Source: an uncultured candidatus Brocadiaceae bacterium (GTDB lineage Bacteria > Planctomycetota > UBA11346). Taken from it: 64,000 nt of DNA. A model generated the notes under the pieces. It made no database searches. It had not been told where the DNA came from and worked only from the letters and a program-made list of their open reading frames with translations. The stretch is taken from assembly GCA_964652775.1 (NCBI GenBank), contig CAZZAM010000008.1, positions 43,317 through 107,316 of the forward strand, in the 5' to 3' direction. Both the position numbers and the translations under genes were made by a program. Of this stretch, positions 1-9,573 are shown in pieces. Position 1 is the stretch's first letter. Every line of letters begins with the position of its first letter.

Positions 1-178
1 CATGGCCGATGCGCCGCCGGGAACGCAGATCGAAGCACGGGTCAATGATGGGTGGATTTATGCGGAGGCCGTGGGGGTGAAACCACAGCGGTTGGGGGAA
101 CCGGACGACGAATACGGGAAATAAGACCAGCAGACAATGCGTCTGTTCTCGTTTCGTCTACGTACATATTGGCTGCCA

Positions 179-2563
179 TCATACCGGAGATTCAATTTTC
201 CACGCGAATCTACCGGTGACCCGACGATCAGCATGTCCAGATAAGCGGACCGCAGCCACCACACCCCGGGGAAGTTCGAGAACGCCCTCGACTACGTCGC
301 CACTTCTGGTCCAGCGCGAACGGATCTCACCGGCTGGTGTCGGAACGATTACGTCCGCCTGGTTTACGCCGACAGCATCAATGACAGGAAAATACCGGAT
401 CTTCTTCCAGGCCATGCCGTCTTGGATCACGCCTCCCAAGGCACCGGCCAAGTGAGAGATGGGATGAGCCGACCAAGCGTGCGTGACCGAGCCATTCCCC
501 GGAGTAAACGCAAAGTGTTCCCAAGTCCCTCCATAGGGAATCATCGGCGCGAAGCGTTCACGGATATGACGAATGACCTCCGCGCCGTGGCCATGGCGGA
601 TCATCATCTCGTACACATACGTAACCCAGTAGCTTGAGGGCAGGGCACCAGAAACCTTTTCCGATTTCAGATAGGGAAGCACAAGCGTCTGAATCATTCG
701 GGTTCGATAACCCGGTTGCAGACCACACAGGATACCCAGCGTCTGGTTGTGGAGGGAATGCGTAGCCAACGGCTTGCCTTTGGCACTGAGACCATCCCTG
801 AAGAGTTCCGCTTTCGGATCCCAGAGCAGCTTCAGGATCAACCTCTTCTGTTCCTGCGCCATCCTCCCAAGACGGAGCCGATCCGTGTTCAGCCCAAGCA
901 GACGAGCAAGTTCGGACAGGCGTTCCAAGGCAAAGAGATACCAGAGATTCAGCAGCGTTGGCGAGCCTTCCTTGGGCAGCGTGCTCCAATCCAAAAATAG
1001 CCAGTATCTCTCGTCATATCTGAGCAGTCCATTTTTCCCGCGTCCTTCGCCAGTAAAATAACCGAGCATCCGTTGGATGCGCGGCCACTGCTCATGCACG
1101 ATGTCAGTTTTTCCGGTCTGCCAGACATAGTCCCAGATCGAAATCAGCCATATCAACGAGAAATCAGGCAGCACACCGCCGTGGCAGTTGGTTGGGGCAT
1201 GGCCATACCCGAGTCCGTTGGGCACCTCTTGCACAGATAAAAGCCGGATGCCTCGTTTGAGCAGGCGAACATCGTTGGCCAAATGAAACGTGTTCCGGAC
1301 CTGAACCCGCGCATCGCCCCACCACGCAACCTGCTCGCGCCACGGTGTGTCCACATAGCTGTCGAGCATACACACTTGCTGCGTACGAACGCAGATCGCG
1401 TGGATGTCGTTGAGTACAGCATCGTCGCAGACGAATTTTCCCTGTATCTTCAATGGATAGAGCGTCTCGCGATGCGCCAGTTTGAGTCGGATCGGCCGTT
1501 CAGCATTGCGAAGCCATACAGCTACGTAGCGATAGCCGAATATGTGATGCAACTCGAACCTCGTCGTACCCTTTTTAAGGACGAGTCGGCTGGCCATATT
1601 GATACCGGTGGACCCAGGCCGCTGTTCTGGGATGAAGGGCCCGCCGTTCTTGTCGAGCAGTTCGGAATAGTGGAAGTCGAGCGTCTCTCCGCCGGCTGCG
1701 CCAGTGACTTCAATGATCGGATTGCCGACCGAGTGCTCGCCGAGATCCAGCACGATCGCCGTGAAGCGACCCTTACCACTGGCTGACATGTGGATTGAAG
1801 TCAGGTCGTTGGATTTTGTCCCGTTCTGATTACCGATCCATTCGATCGCCGGATTTTCCGCGCGCATGGGAGTCACTACATTCACTGCAATTTCAGCCCC
1901 ATCCGCATTTTTTCCCTGCGCTGTGGCGACCAGACTCCGATAAGAACGAACGCAGTTTCCGAGATTGGGAATGTCGCGCGGTTGGCATGCATGCCAAGGC
2001 ATGCTTCCATAGGGCCTGGTAGACGACGTCGCGCTCCAACCTCGGGGGATTTTCGCGGAACGAATCCACTCCTGATCATCTAGCCTGGCATCCGCATGTT
2101 CCTGCAAACCCATCTGGACGCACAGTCGGAAAGTATCGGAAGCCTGCCCTGGAGAGATACGCGACATCCAACTCGCGTCGCTCGTAATCGTACAGCCTTT
2201 CCATTTCCCGGCACAGAGGAGCCCTTCATGCCATTCGGTGATATAGCTGAAATGGCTGATGCCGCCGTAATACACCTGCACGCTGATCCAGTTATGCCCT
2301 TCCTGTAACACAGATGCCACATCGTATTCGTCATAGGGCCAACGGATCTGATATCCCCGCGCAGGTCCTCGTCCGACGTACTGCCCATTCACAAACAGTT
2401 TGTAGTTTTGATCAGCCGTGATCTGAAAAGGAGCCTTACCCGGAATGGACTTGAGTTCGAAATCTTTGCGAAACTGTCCGAAGGTGTTTCTGCGGCCGCC
2501 GCTGCCGAGCACCCAGATCCAGCGGGCTTGATCAAGGAGAAGCGTGCTCATGGATTGCTTCAT
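179..2563 (-). CDS. glycoside hydrolase, alpha-L-rhamnosidase (GH78)-like
   Basis: 794-aa ORF. The N-terminus (ARWIW...FRKDFEL...ITADQNYKLFVNGQYVGRGP) fits the bacterial rhamnosidase N-terminal domain pattern. DTPWREQVAWWGD resembles the catalytic (alpha/alpha)6 domain motif. Confidence 0.7.
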   Translation of the reverse strand: MKQSMSTLLLDQARWIWVLGSGGRRNTFGQFRKDFELKSIPGKAPFQITADQNYKLFVNGQYVGRGPARGYQIRWPYDEYDVASVLQEGHNWISVQVYYGGISHFSYITEWHEGLLCAGKWKGCTITSDASWMSRISPGQASDTFRLCVQMGLQEHADARLDDQEWIRSAKIPRGWSATSSTRPYGSMPWHACQPRDIPNLGNCVRSYRSLVATAQGKNADGAEIAVNVVTPMRAENPAIEWIGNQNGTKSNDLTSIHMSASGKGRFTAIVLDLGEHSVGNPIIEVTGAAGGETLDFHYSELLDKNGGPFIPEQRPGSTGINMASRLVLKKGTTRFELHHIFGYRYVAVWLRNAERPIRLKLAHRETLYPLKIQGKFVCDDAVLNDIHAICVRTQQVCMLDSYVDTPWREQVAWWGDARVQVRNTFHLANDVRLLKRGIRLLSVQEVPNGLGYGHAPTNCHGGVLPDFSLIWLISIWDYVWQTGKTDIVHEQWPRIQRMLGYFTGEGRGKNGLLRYDERYWLFLDWSTLPKEGSPTLLNLWYLFALERLSELARLLGLNTDRLRLGRMAQEQKRLILKLLWDPKAELFRDGLSAKGKPLATHSLHNQTLGILCGLQPGYRTRMIQTLVLPYLKSEKVSGALPSSYWVTYVYEMMIRHGHGAEVIRHIRERFAPMIPYGGTWEHFAFTPGNGSVTHAWSAHPISHLAGALGGVIQDGMAWKKIRYFPVIDAVGVNQADVIVPTPAGEIRSRWTRSGDVVEGVLELPRGVVAAVRLSGHADRRVTGRFAWKIESPV

Positions 2564-2663
2564 GCGATGCTCTTTCGTGGTATGACATGCTTGAACAGTA
2601 TGGCACCAGCCATGGCCACCAGAGTCGCCAACTGGAAGTGATTGCCGTCACAGATCACGTGCG

Positions 2664-2984
2664 TCATTCCGCCGGCTCCATTTCCGCACTCATCGAACCT
2701 TGGCTGCGCGGAATGCGTGGATCTTTACCAAACGCGTGGATTTGCTCGACCTTTAGCTCAGCCCGTTCCTTCGACGTCGTATCAAGAATTGTTCGCCCAG
2801 TCGCATCGACTTCGCATGCGTGTTGAAATGCGCGCTCGGGCGTCTTGGCAAAGATGGCAACCAGCATGTCGATCACGTATTCGTAGCTGTGATCATCGTC
2901 GTTAAGCAGAACGACGTGCCAACGCGGGGCCAGCGACGTGTCCTGGTTGGTTGCGACGTCAGGGGCGGCGGTCGCCATCGTCAA
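2664..2984 (-). CDS. clpS: ATP-dependent Clp protease adaptor ClpS
   Basis: 106-aa ORF with the ClpS core (VVLLNDDDHSYEYVIDML...FHACEVDATGRTIL). It overlaps the upstream Mur-ligase stop by 4 nt. Confidence 0.85.
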   Translation of the reverse strand: MTMATAAPDVATNQDTSLAPRWHVVLLNDDDHSYEYVIDMLVAIFAKTPERAFQHACEVDATGRTILDTTSKERAELKVEQIHAFGKDPRIPRSQGSMSAEMEPAE

Positions 2985-4327
2985 ATGGCCGCAAACAGTC
3001 CGCGTGCAAACGTGTTCAGTCCCGGATCGCGCGCACCCATGATCAGCACGGTGTCGCCGGGAGCGGCGAGTTCGGAAACCCAGGCGAGACTTTCGCGACG
3101 ATCAACGACGGCGGTGGTGCTGGTGTCGCTGGCCATCGCTTCGCTGCTGATGTCCTGCACGACGCTGCCGCCGGCGTAGTAGATCGGCAGGTACATCCAG
3201 CGGTCTTGGCGACGAAGAATTTTCGGAAGCAGTTCGGCCAGCTCGGGCCGCAACAAACGCGCCGGGCCGAAGCCGTGCGGTTGGAACAGACAGATCAGTC
3301 GTTCGCAGCCAGCCTGGGCCGCTGCGACCGCAGCGGCAATCTTTGCGCCGTTGTGGGCGTAGTCATCAACCACGCGGATGCCGCCCTCGGTGAGGCCGAT
3401 CAACTCGAAACGCCGAGAAACACCGGGAAATGACGCGAGTGCCTGCGCCGCTGCCGCGACGCTGAGGCCCATCGCCCGCGCCGCCGCCAATGCCGCACAC
3501 GCGTTATCGAGGTTATGCGCGCCGGGCAACAGCAGCGACACTTCGATCGCTTGGCCATCGCAGTTGAGCACGCCGCGCGCCTGATGCGGTCCCGGCGTGA
3601 TGACTTCGAGCGGCAGATCCGCGCGGCCTTCAATACCGTACAGCGTGCGCGGCAAGCCGTCGGTCACCGCCAACGCTTCGGGGCAGCCTGCGTTGACCAA
3701 CAGCATGCGCGACTGACGAGCGAAGACTTTGAACTGCTCGCGGACTTCGTGAACCTCACCGTGATCGCGGGTAATGTTGTGGATAACGCCGATTGTCGGG
3801 TGATAGCCAACCAGCGTGCCATCGCTTTCGCAGGCTTCGGCCACGACTGGACCCTGGCGCGGGCCAGCAGCGAACAATCCCGCCGTGCCCTCACCGGCCA
3901 ACGCCGCGCCGCCAAGCACCGTCGCTGGCACCTTGAGCTGACGCAGAATCCAGGCGAGCATGCCGACCACGGTACTCTTGCCCGACGTGCCACTGATCGC
4001 CACGCCGGGTTGAGAGGCGTCGACGACTTCAGCCAGCAATGCTGGTCGCGGTGTGCAGACGATGCCTAACGCCCGCGCCGCACTGGCCTCGGGCGTGTTC
4101 GACTCGACCGCCGCCGAGTAGATGAAGCGTTGCACGTTCTCGTCAATCGCCGTGCCGTCCTGCGGCAGCAGGCGAATCCCCATCGCCTCAAGCCGCTGGC
4201 GGAGTTCAGGATTCTCGCCGCGATCAAATCCGCGATCCGAACCCTGCACGTCATGCCCCCACACCCGCATGATCTGCGCGAGGGGATTCATCCCTTGTCC
4301 GGCGATGCCAGAGAAATGCATCAGCAT
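2981..4327 (-). CDS. Mur ligase family protein (MurC/Mpl-like)
   Basis: N-terminal MHFSGIAGQGMNPLA...GSD Rossmann motif, the P-loop ISGTSGKSTVVGML, and C-terminal DDYAHNGAKI. I moved the start to the MLMHF Met at 4327; the track's 4456 start would overlap the next gene. Confidence 0.7.
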   Translation of the reverse strand: MLMHFSGIAGQGMNPLAQIMRVWGHDVQGSDRGFDRGENPELRQRLEAMGIRLLPQDGTAIDENVQRFIYSAAVESNTPEASAARALGIVCTPRPALLAEVVDASQPGVAISGTSGKSTVVGMLAWILRQLKVPATVLGGAALAGEGTAGLFAAGPRQGPVVAEACESDGTLVGYHPTIGVIHNITRDHGEVHEVREQFKVFARQSRMLLVNAGCPEALAVTDGLPRTLYGIEGRADLPLEVITPGPHQARGVLNCDGQAIEVSLLLPGAHNLDNACAALAAARAMGLSVAAAAQALASFPGVSRRFELIGLTEGGIRVVDDYAHNGAKIAAAVAAAQAGCERLICLFQPHGFGPARLLRPELAELLPKILRRQDRWMYLPIYYAGGSVVQDISSEAMASDTSTTAVVDRRESLAWVSELAAPGDTVLIMGARDPGLNTFARGLFAAI

Positions 4328-4425
4328 CGCGGGGAGGCTATCGAGTTGGTTGCGAGTGCCAGTGGGCAAAGCAGCCAAAGCCAAAGCGATAGCCATCGCA
4401 TTGGCCATAGCCATGGCAGCATCCG

Positions 4426-4776
4426 TCATCCAGCACGGAGCCGCCGAATGAGGCACGTGATCTGCCGCCCAACCCGATCAAGATCATCACTAACAACACC
4501 GACTTGTTGAGCATCAATCAAACCGAGATCCGCCGCGATCTGTAATTGAGCAACCAGCTCCGTCACAGAACCGCGAGCGATATCGAGAAAACGCGCAAAA
4601 TCCGCATCAGTCGAACGACCTCGACCTTCGGCAATGTTGGACACAACGCTGGTAGCCGCCCGACGGATCTGATCGCGCAGCGACGGATCACCCGGAATCG
4701 TTGCCGCAAGGCGATAGGCAGCAGTGCATGGTTGTCTGGCGGTCTGATAGACACGCAGATTGGTCAGATTGGACAT
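4426..4776 (-). CDS. four-helix-bundle protein (23S rRNA intervening-sequence protein family)
   Basis: LRVYQ...QIRRAATSVVSNIAEGRGRSTDADFARFLDIARGSVTELVAQLQIA is the typical signature of this family. The start is probably the MSNLTNL Met at 4776. Confidence 0.8.
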   Translation of the reverse strand: MSNLTNLRVYQTARQPCTAAYRLAATIPGDPSLRDQIRRAATSVVSNIAEGRGRSTDADFARFLDIARGSVTELVAQLQIAADLGLIDAQQVGVVSDDLDRVGRQITCLIRRLRAG

Positions 4777-4880
4777 GGTGGATCTCCACCAACCCACCAC
4801 CGGTCGCGCGCAGCGGTCAACCCCGCAGCCGCGTCAGCGGTGCGCGCAGCGCAGGGTTGACGGCGAGCACGAGCGGTACG

Positions 4881-5330
4881 ATGGAATACAACGAGCCGAA
4901 ACCGTCATGGATACCACAAGACAATGGCTCTTGTACCGAAACAATTCACACGCTAGACAATCTCATGATTTTGATAAATGCGAGGTTTATCTTAGGCGGT
5001 AGACCACTGGACGAAGTCATCGGAGAGTTTTATCACATCATTTGTCGCGATGTGTCTCCGTATGAAAACCATGGTGATTACAACCATGACGGCATGATCA
5101 AAGTCATTATTCGCTTACATGGAAACACACAGGACGCGAAAGAGATTATTGGAAAAATCGGCGATCCATTTTGGCAACATGAATGGAAAACGAAACGCGG
5201 CGAGATGGAGCGATCAAGAGACTGCCTTGACGTCATAATAGATTCCAGGAACGAGCTGACCAAAATGAAGGAATTATTCTGGCTCAATGTGTATTGCGAA
5301 GAAAAGGAAACTCTAAAACCGCCGCACTAG
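4881..5330 (+). CDS. hypothetical protein, AT-rich orphan ORF
   Basis: 149-aa ORF starting at the MEYNEPK Met. The track's upstream extension is high-GC and Arg/Ser/Trp-rich, so it is probably not coding. The ORF lies in a ~500-bp block visibly much lower in GC than its flanks. I recognise no domain. Confidence 0.5.
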   Translation: MEYNEPKPSWIPQDNGSCTETIHTLDNLMILINARFILGGRPLDEVIGEFYHIICRDVSPYENHGDYNHDGMIKVIIRLHGNTQDAKEIIGKIGDPFWQHEWKTKRGEMERSRDCLDVIIDSRNELTKMKELFWLNVYCEEKETLKPPH

Positions 5331-5397
5331 AAATCGCTAACTGAAAGTGGTTGACGTTCGTTTTGTGTCCGCAATAGGTTCAGGATTTTCATTGCCC

Positions 5398-5428
5398 CAG
5401 CCACGCTGGAGCGTGGCGTTCCCAGGCC
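5398..5428. repeat. 31-nt hairpin repeat (family I, copy 1)
   Basis: CAGCCACGCTGGAGCGTGGCGTTCCCAGGCC is identical to 40486-40516. It contains a 7-bp stem (CCACGCT/AGCGTGG) with a GG loop and abuts the mutM stop codon at 5430-5432. Confidence 0.85.
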
Positions 5429-5429
5429 T

Positions 5430-6242
5430 TCACTTCTGACACCTCGGACACCACACCGACGCCCGCCCACCAATCACGCGGCCTTTCAGTGTAGATTTGC
5501 ACATCGAACACGCCTGTCCCTCGCGGCCGTAAACCCGGAACGTGTGCTGGAATCGTCCGGACAGTCCGTTGACGTGGCGGAAGTCGTCGATCGATGAACC
5601 GCCGGCGGCAATGGCCTCGGACAACACTTCGCGAATCACACCGACCAACCGTTCGACGCGTGTCTTGGTGATGCGACCAGCGGCGCGCAGCGGATGGATG
5701 CCGGAGCGGAACAAACTCTCGGCGGCGTAGATGTTACCGACGCCAACGACGACCGCCTGATCCATGATCACAGCCTTCACTGGCGCACGGCGATGGCGTT
5801 GGAACGCGCTGAACAAAACATCGGTGTCGAACGCTGTACTCAATGGCTCCGGTCCCAATGCGTCGAGAGCCGGATGCCGATCACCGTGACGCAGCAAATC
5901 GATGAGGCCGAAACGGCGCGGGTCATTGAACACAACGCGGCGGCCGTCCTTCAGTTCCAGAACGACATGATCGTGCATCTTCTGATCACCCTCAGGCGCG
6001 AGCCGCCACACGCCGGTCATGCCGAGATGGCAGAGTAGGCCGGGGCCATCCGTATCGATCAATAGATACTTGGCCCGGCGACGAACCCCCCGCACGGTTC
6101 GGCCGGCCAACTGCGAGGCCAAGTCCCGGGGCATCGGTTTCCGCAGGTCCTTACGCATGGCCCGCGCCCTGGCGATCACCGATCCAGCGAGTAATCGCTG
6201 CAAACCAGCGCGAACGGTCTCGACTTCGGGGAGTTCGGGCAC
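5430..6242 (-). CDS. mutM: formamidopyrimidine-DNA glycosylase
   Basis: PELPEVETVRAGL N-terminus and a C-terminal zinc finger (CSMC...CPRCQ). Fpg needs an N-terminal Pro, so the start is the GTG at 6242 immediately before PELPEVE rather than the track's ATG at 6284. Confidence 0.9.
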   Translation of the reverse strand: MPELPEVETVRAGLQRLLAGSVIARARAMRKDLRKPMPRDLASQLAGRTVRGVRRRAKYLLIDTDGPGLLCHLGMTGVWRLAPEGDQKMHDHVVLELKDGRRVVFNDPRRFGLIDLLRHGDRHPALDALGPEPLSTAFDTDVLFSAFQRHRRAPVKAVIMDQAVVVGVGNIYAAESLFRSGIHPLRAAGRITKTRVERLVGVIREVLSEAIAAGGSSIDDFRHVNGLSGRFQHTFRVYGREGQACSMCKSTLKGRVIGGRASVWCPRCQK

Positions 6243-6325
6243 GGCGGCATGCTCTGTGCTTTGGAGCCAGGGGAAAGCCGACACCAGTTGACCCTCGCGC
6301 CCGCCCTACACACAATGCCCGACGC

Positions 6326-7276
6326 ATGCAATACGCCCTTGAGGCTCTCGCTGACGGTAAGCAACTGCGGATCGATCCGGCGCAGCCGTTATCGCTGAAA
6401 GTAAAACGTCACAACCAGCCCGGCGGTGAGATCCTGGTCGGCCTCAAAGACGGCAAGCTGTACCTGGATAACCGCAGCACGGCGACCTGCATGGTCAACG
6501 ATGTGCAGAAGGCTGCAGCGGCGTTGGCGCAAGGCGATCGCCTCCAGCTGGGCACGTCTGCCTTCATGGTCGTGGCCATCCAGGCGGTCACGGATGTCGA
6601 AGTCGTTGAACCACGCACTGGCAGTGGCGAGCCCGCAAAGCGCGCGCAACCAACCCCGCCTCCAGTGCCGATGACCGCGATGTATCGCACGCCTGCTGGT
6701 GGAACCAAGGTGCCAACGCCGACTCCGGCGGCAAAACCCTCTTCGGATAGCGATCAGTTGCGTAACCAGCGCCGGATCAGCGCCAGTCGGTTGACCGCTG
6801 TTGAGCCCACCTCGACCCAAAGTTCTGGACTGTTGAAGCGCATGTCGGCGGCCTTCACTGGCCGCAATGAACGTCAGCGTCTGGAACAGTTGGAACAAGA
6901 ACGCCGCGCCGCGCTCATCGAATCTGGGCGCCGCAGCCTGGGCGATGGCGGCGGATTCGGCCTGCCGCCAGACGCGATGAGCAAACTACAAAACGACGAA
7001 GCGGTGATACTGACCCAGGCTGATCTCGCTGGCCTAAGCCAATGGCGCACCGATCGGCAACGCCTCGTACGTCTGGATGCTGAAATCGCTGCGCTGCGCC
7101 AAGCCTTGTTCCTGGGTCCCGATCCCGACGCCGTTCTCCTGACCACGCCGACCCTGCGCTCAGACGAACGGGTAAAGACCGACCGAGCATTCGCGACCAT
7201 GGACGAGATCGGCACGCAAGAACTCAGTGGCATGGTTGATAGTGGAAAGCCGCAGAAGGGGACGAAGGGGAAATGA
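6326..7276 (+). CDS. hypothetical protein with divergent FHA-like N-terminal domain
   Basis: YLDNRSTATCMVNDVQ...LAQGDRLQLGTSAFMV resembles the C-terminal half of FHA domains. A Pro-rich linker and a coiled-coil-like RQRLEQLEQERR segment follow. Confidence 0.5.
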   Translation: MQYALEALADGKQLRIDPAQPLSLKVKRHNQPGGEILVGLKDGKLYLDNRSTATCMVNDVQKAAAALAQGDRLQLGTSAFMVVAIQAVTDVEVVEPRTGSGEPAKRAQPTPPPVPMTAMYRTPAGGTKVPTPTPAAKPSSDSDQLRNQRRISASRLTAVEPTSTQSSGLLKRMSAAFTGRNERQRLEQLEQERRAALIESGRRSLGDGGGFGLPPDAMSKLQNDEAVILTQADLAGLSQWRTDRQRLVRLDAEIAALRQALFLGPDPDAVLLTTPTLRSDERVKTDRAFATMDEIGTQELSGMVDSGKPQKGTKGK

Positions 7277-7278
7277 GT

Positions 7279-7428
7279 GAAATGCCAAATGCTGGAATGC
7301 TGGAATGGATGCGGTGAATAAGCACGACTTACCTGACCGAACAAATAGCTCCTCAGCGGCCTATCCGAACACCCAGCGCTGATTTCTAACACATTCAAGC
7401 ATTCCAGCATTCCAGCATTTGGCATTTC
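7279..7428. repeat. octamer-arm hairpin (family A, GGAATGCT words)
   Basis: Left arm 7279-7307 (GAAATGCCAAATGCTGGAATGCTGGAATG) is the perfect 29-nt reverse complement of right arm 7400-7428. The spacer is 92 nt. It lies between the FHA-like gene stop and the permease GTG start. Confidence 0.9.
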
Positions 7429-7452
7429 CCCAAAACGCCCACACTGCGCCTC

Positions 7453-8805
7453 GTGCTCGCTCTCCACCTTGGCATGCGTTGGCTGAAGCGTCGCCGTGCG
7501 TCATGGTTGGCGCTGGCTGCGATCACGCTCACCGTCGCGGTGCCAATTATCGTCGTTGGCGTGATGCAGGGCTGGATGGAGGTCACTGCGCGCCAAGCGC
7601 GGGCATCTGAAAGCGATGTGGTCATCGTCGCGCCGGGCGTTACTGGTGCCGATCGGCTGCGCGATCACCTTGCCGCAATTCCTGGAGTAGCCGCCGTTGC
7701 GCCGTATGTGCAAAGCTGGGGCGTGATGAATCGGAACCGTGGAGATTCGTCGCTCACCATTCCGTGTCAGATTGAGGGACTTGATTGGGAGGCGGACTGG
7801 AACTTGGGTCGTTTGACGGCGACGGCATTGCATCCACAACCAGTTCTGGATCTGAGTTCGCCACCACTGCCACCAGATCGTCGTGGCACCGGATTCCTGA
7901 CGCCGGCGTGGCGCTCGACCACCGTCCTCGCTGGACTACACCTCGCGCTGGCCTTCGGTGGGCTGCCTGCTGCGCTGCCACCAGCCCAGCGTCCAACACC
8001 GGGCATCGTCTGCGGACGCGAGTTATTGTATCCCCATCACATGCGGCCAGGAGAGCTGGTGTCGATCGTCGTGCCCAATGGCACCGGTGGTAAAGCTGGT
8101 GCGGCGCTGCAGGCCGAGATCAGTGATACCCTGGGCATCGGCGTGATTGAGATCGACCGCTTTCTCGTCCTCGCACCGTTACCATTGGCGCAGCGCACGC
8201 TGGGCATGCAGGCAAAGAATGGAAACTCGGCAAAATTAAGTGGCTGGCGTTTGTCGGCACAGCCAGGCACTGATCCCTACCGCCTAGCAGCGCTGGTCTC
8301 CACCGACACAGGACTATTTGCCGAAACGTGGCAGGACCTGCGTGGCAATCTCGTCAAAGGCATGCAGGTCCAACGCAATATCGGCATTCTGGTCATGATT
8401 CTCATCCAGTTCATCACTGTGTTCATCGTCTACGCGGTGTTCTCGACCATGGTCGTCGAGCTGCGCCACGACATCGGTGTGCTGCGTGGCATCGGCGCAC
8501 GCCGCCGTGATATCGCGTGGGCATTCATCCTCGCCGGACTGATCGCGTGCATTGGCGGCGGCGTGCTTGGCTGGGCGCTCGGTTGGGGCGTGCTCGCGGC
8601 GCTGAATCCGTTCAGCCATCTGACTGGCATTTCGCTCTTTCCCCAGGACGTCATCTACACGCCCGAAGCACCGACCAGCTACGCGTGGTGGATCCCACCC
8701 ATGTTCATCGGCTCGATGACGGTAATCGGCCTGATCGCGGTCGCACTGCCAGCGTGGCGCGCGGCCCGGGTCGATCCCATCGAAACCCTGCGGGAGGGCG
8801 CATGA
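7453..8805 (+). CDS. ABC transporter permease, FtsX/LolE (MacB-type) family
   Basis: 450 aa with an N-terminal TM helix, a large periplasmic domain and the C-terminal FtsX-like 3-TM module (...VLRGIGARRRDI...). It is translationally coupled (ATGA) to the downstream ATPase. Confidence 0.8.
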   Translation: MLALHLGMRWLKRRRASWLALAAITLTVAVPIIVVGVMQGWMEVTARQARASESDVVIVAPGVTGADRLRDHLAAIPGVAAVAPYVQSWGVMNRNRGDSSLTIPCQIEGLDWEADWNLGRLTATALHPQPVLDLSSPPLPPDRRGTGFLTPAWRSTTVLAGLHLALAFGGLPAALPPAQRPTPGIVCGRELLYPHHMRPGELVSIVVPNGTGGKAGAALQAEISDTLGIGVIEIDRFLVLAPLPLAQRTLGMQAKNGNSAKLSGWRLSAQPGTDPYRLAALVSTDTGLFAETWQDLRGNLVKGMQVQRNIGILVMILIQFITVFIVYAVFSTMVVELRHDIGVLRGIGARRRDIAWAFILAGLIACIGGGVLGWALGWGVLAALNPFSHLTGISLFPQDVIYTPEAPTSYAWWIPPMFIGSMTVIGLIAVALPAWRAARVDPIETLREGA

Positions 8806-9464
8806 GCGCGCGCCTCATCGTTACCGGCGTGGCCAAAGCGTATCCCGGCCTGAAAGTCCTGAACGGTCTGAATCTCACGCTGGAAAGCGGCGAGATCATT
8901 GCTGTTCGCGGTGCCTCGGGAACAGGTAAAAGCACCCTGCTGCATTGTCTGGGACTGCTTGATCGTCCTGACGTCGGCTCGATCGTTTTGGATGGCGAGG
9001 AGTTGACACAGTTGTCCGACAGCTGCCGCACCGCCATGCGCGCGCAACGCATTGGCTTCGTATTCCAGGCATTTCATCTGTTGTCCGATTTCACCGTGGT
9101 CGAAAACGTGACCATGGCGGCGCGCACAGCCGGCCTTGAACCGCAGGCCGCACGTGCCCGCGCCGAGGCCTTGCTGACCCGGGTCGGACTCGGCGGACGC
9201 GATGGCGACATCCGCACATTGTCGGGTGGTGAGCGTCAGCGCGTAGCCCTGTGCCGTGCACTGTTGACCAAACCAGCCCTGTTGCTGGCTGACGAGCCAA
9301 CCGGAAATCTTGACCCTACGACGGCGCGCATCGTCCTCGGCGAAATTGTCGCATTGGCCAAAGACAGCGGATCCAGCGTAATCATCGTAACGCACGATGC
9401 CGATGTTGCAGCGCGGGCCGATAAACGGTATGAATTGAAGGATGGACGGTTGGAGTTGGCGTAG
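8802..9464 (+). CDS. ABC transporter ATP-binding protein, LolD-like
   Basis: Walker A GASGTGKSTLL, signature LSGGERQRVALCRAL and Walker B LLLADEPTGNLD. The start is the ATG at 8802; the track's 8517 start reads through the permease in another frame. Confidence 0.85.
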   Translation: MSARLIVTGVAKAYPGLKVLNGLNLTLESGEIIAVRGASGTGKSTLLHCLGLLDRPDVGSIVLDGEELTQLSDSCRTAMRAQRIGFVFQAFHLLSDFTVVENVTMAARTAGLEPQAARARAEALLTRVGLGGRDGDIRTLSGGERQRVALCRALLTKPALLLADEPTGNLDPTTARIVLGEIVALAKDSGSSVIIVTHDADVAARADKRYELKDGRLELA

Positions 9465-9469
9465 ACACA

Positions 9470-9568
9470 GAAATGTCGAATGCTCGAATGTCGAATGCTC
9501 GAATAATTTAAAAGAAACGTCAGCGGCCGATGATTCTCAACATTCGAGCATTCGAGCATTCTACATTC
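9470..9568. repeat. octamer-arm hairpin (family A variant, CGAATGCT/CGAATGT words)
   Basis: Left arm GAAATGTCGAATGCTCGAATGTCGAATGCTCGAAT (9470-9504) is imperfectly complementary to ATTCTCAACATTCGAGCATTCGAGCATTCTACATTC (9533-9568). It lies between convergent genes. Confidence 0.8.
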
Positions 9569-9573
9569 CTACC

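Noticed and set aside
2-124. 40-codon ORF at the window edge (MADAPPGTQIEARVNDGWIYAEAVGVKPQRLGEPDDEYGK*)
   Set aside because: I cannot tell whether it is the 3' end of a gene starting upstream of the window or noise. It has no motif and is too short to support.
5398-5428. Family I repeat as an integron attC site
   Set aside because: There is no integrase or attI nearby. The repeat is a simple 7-bp hairpin plus tail rather than the bipartite R''/L''-L'/R' structure, and the two cassette-like ORFs are not in an array. The idea is kept only as an analogy in the findings.
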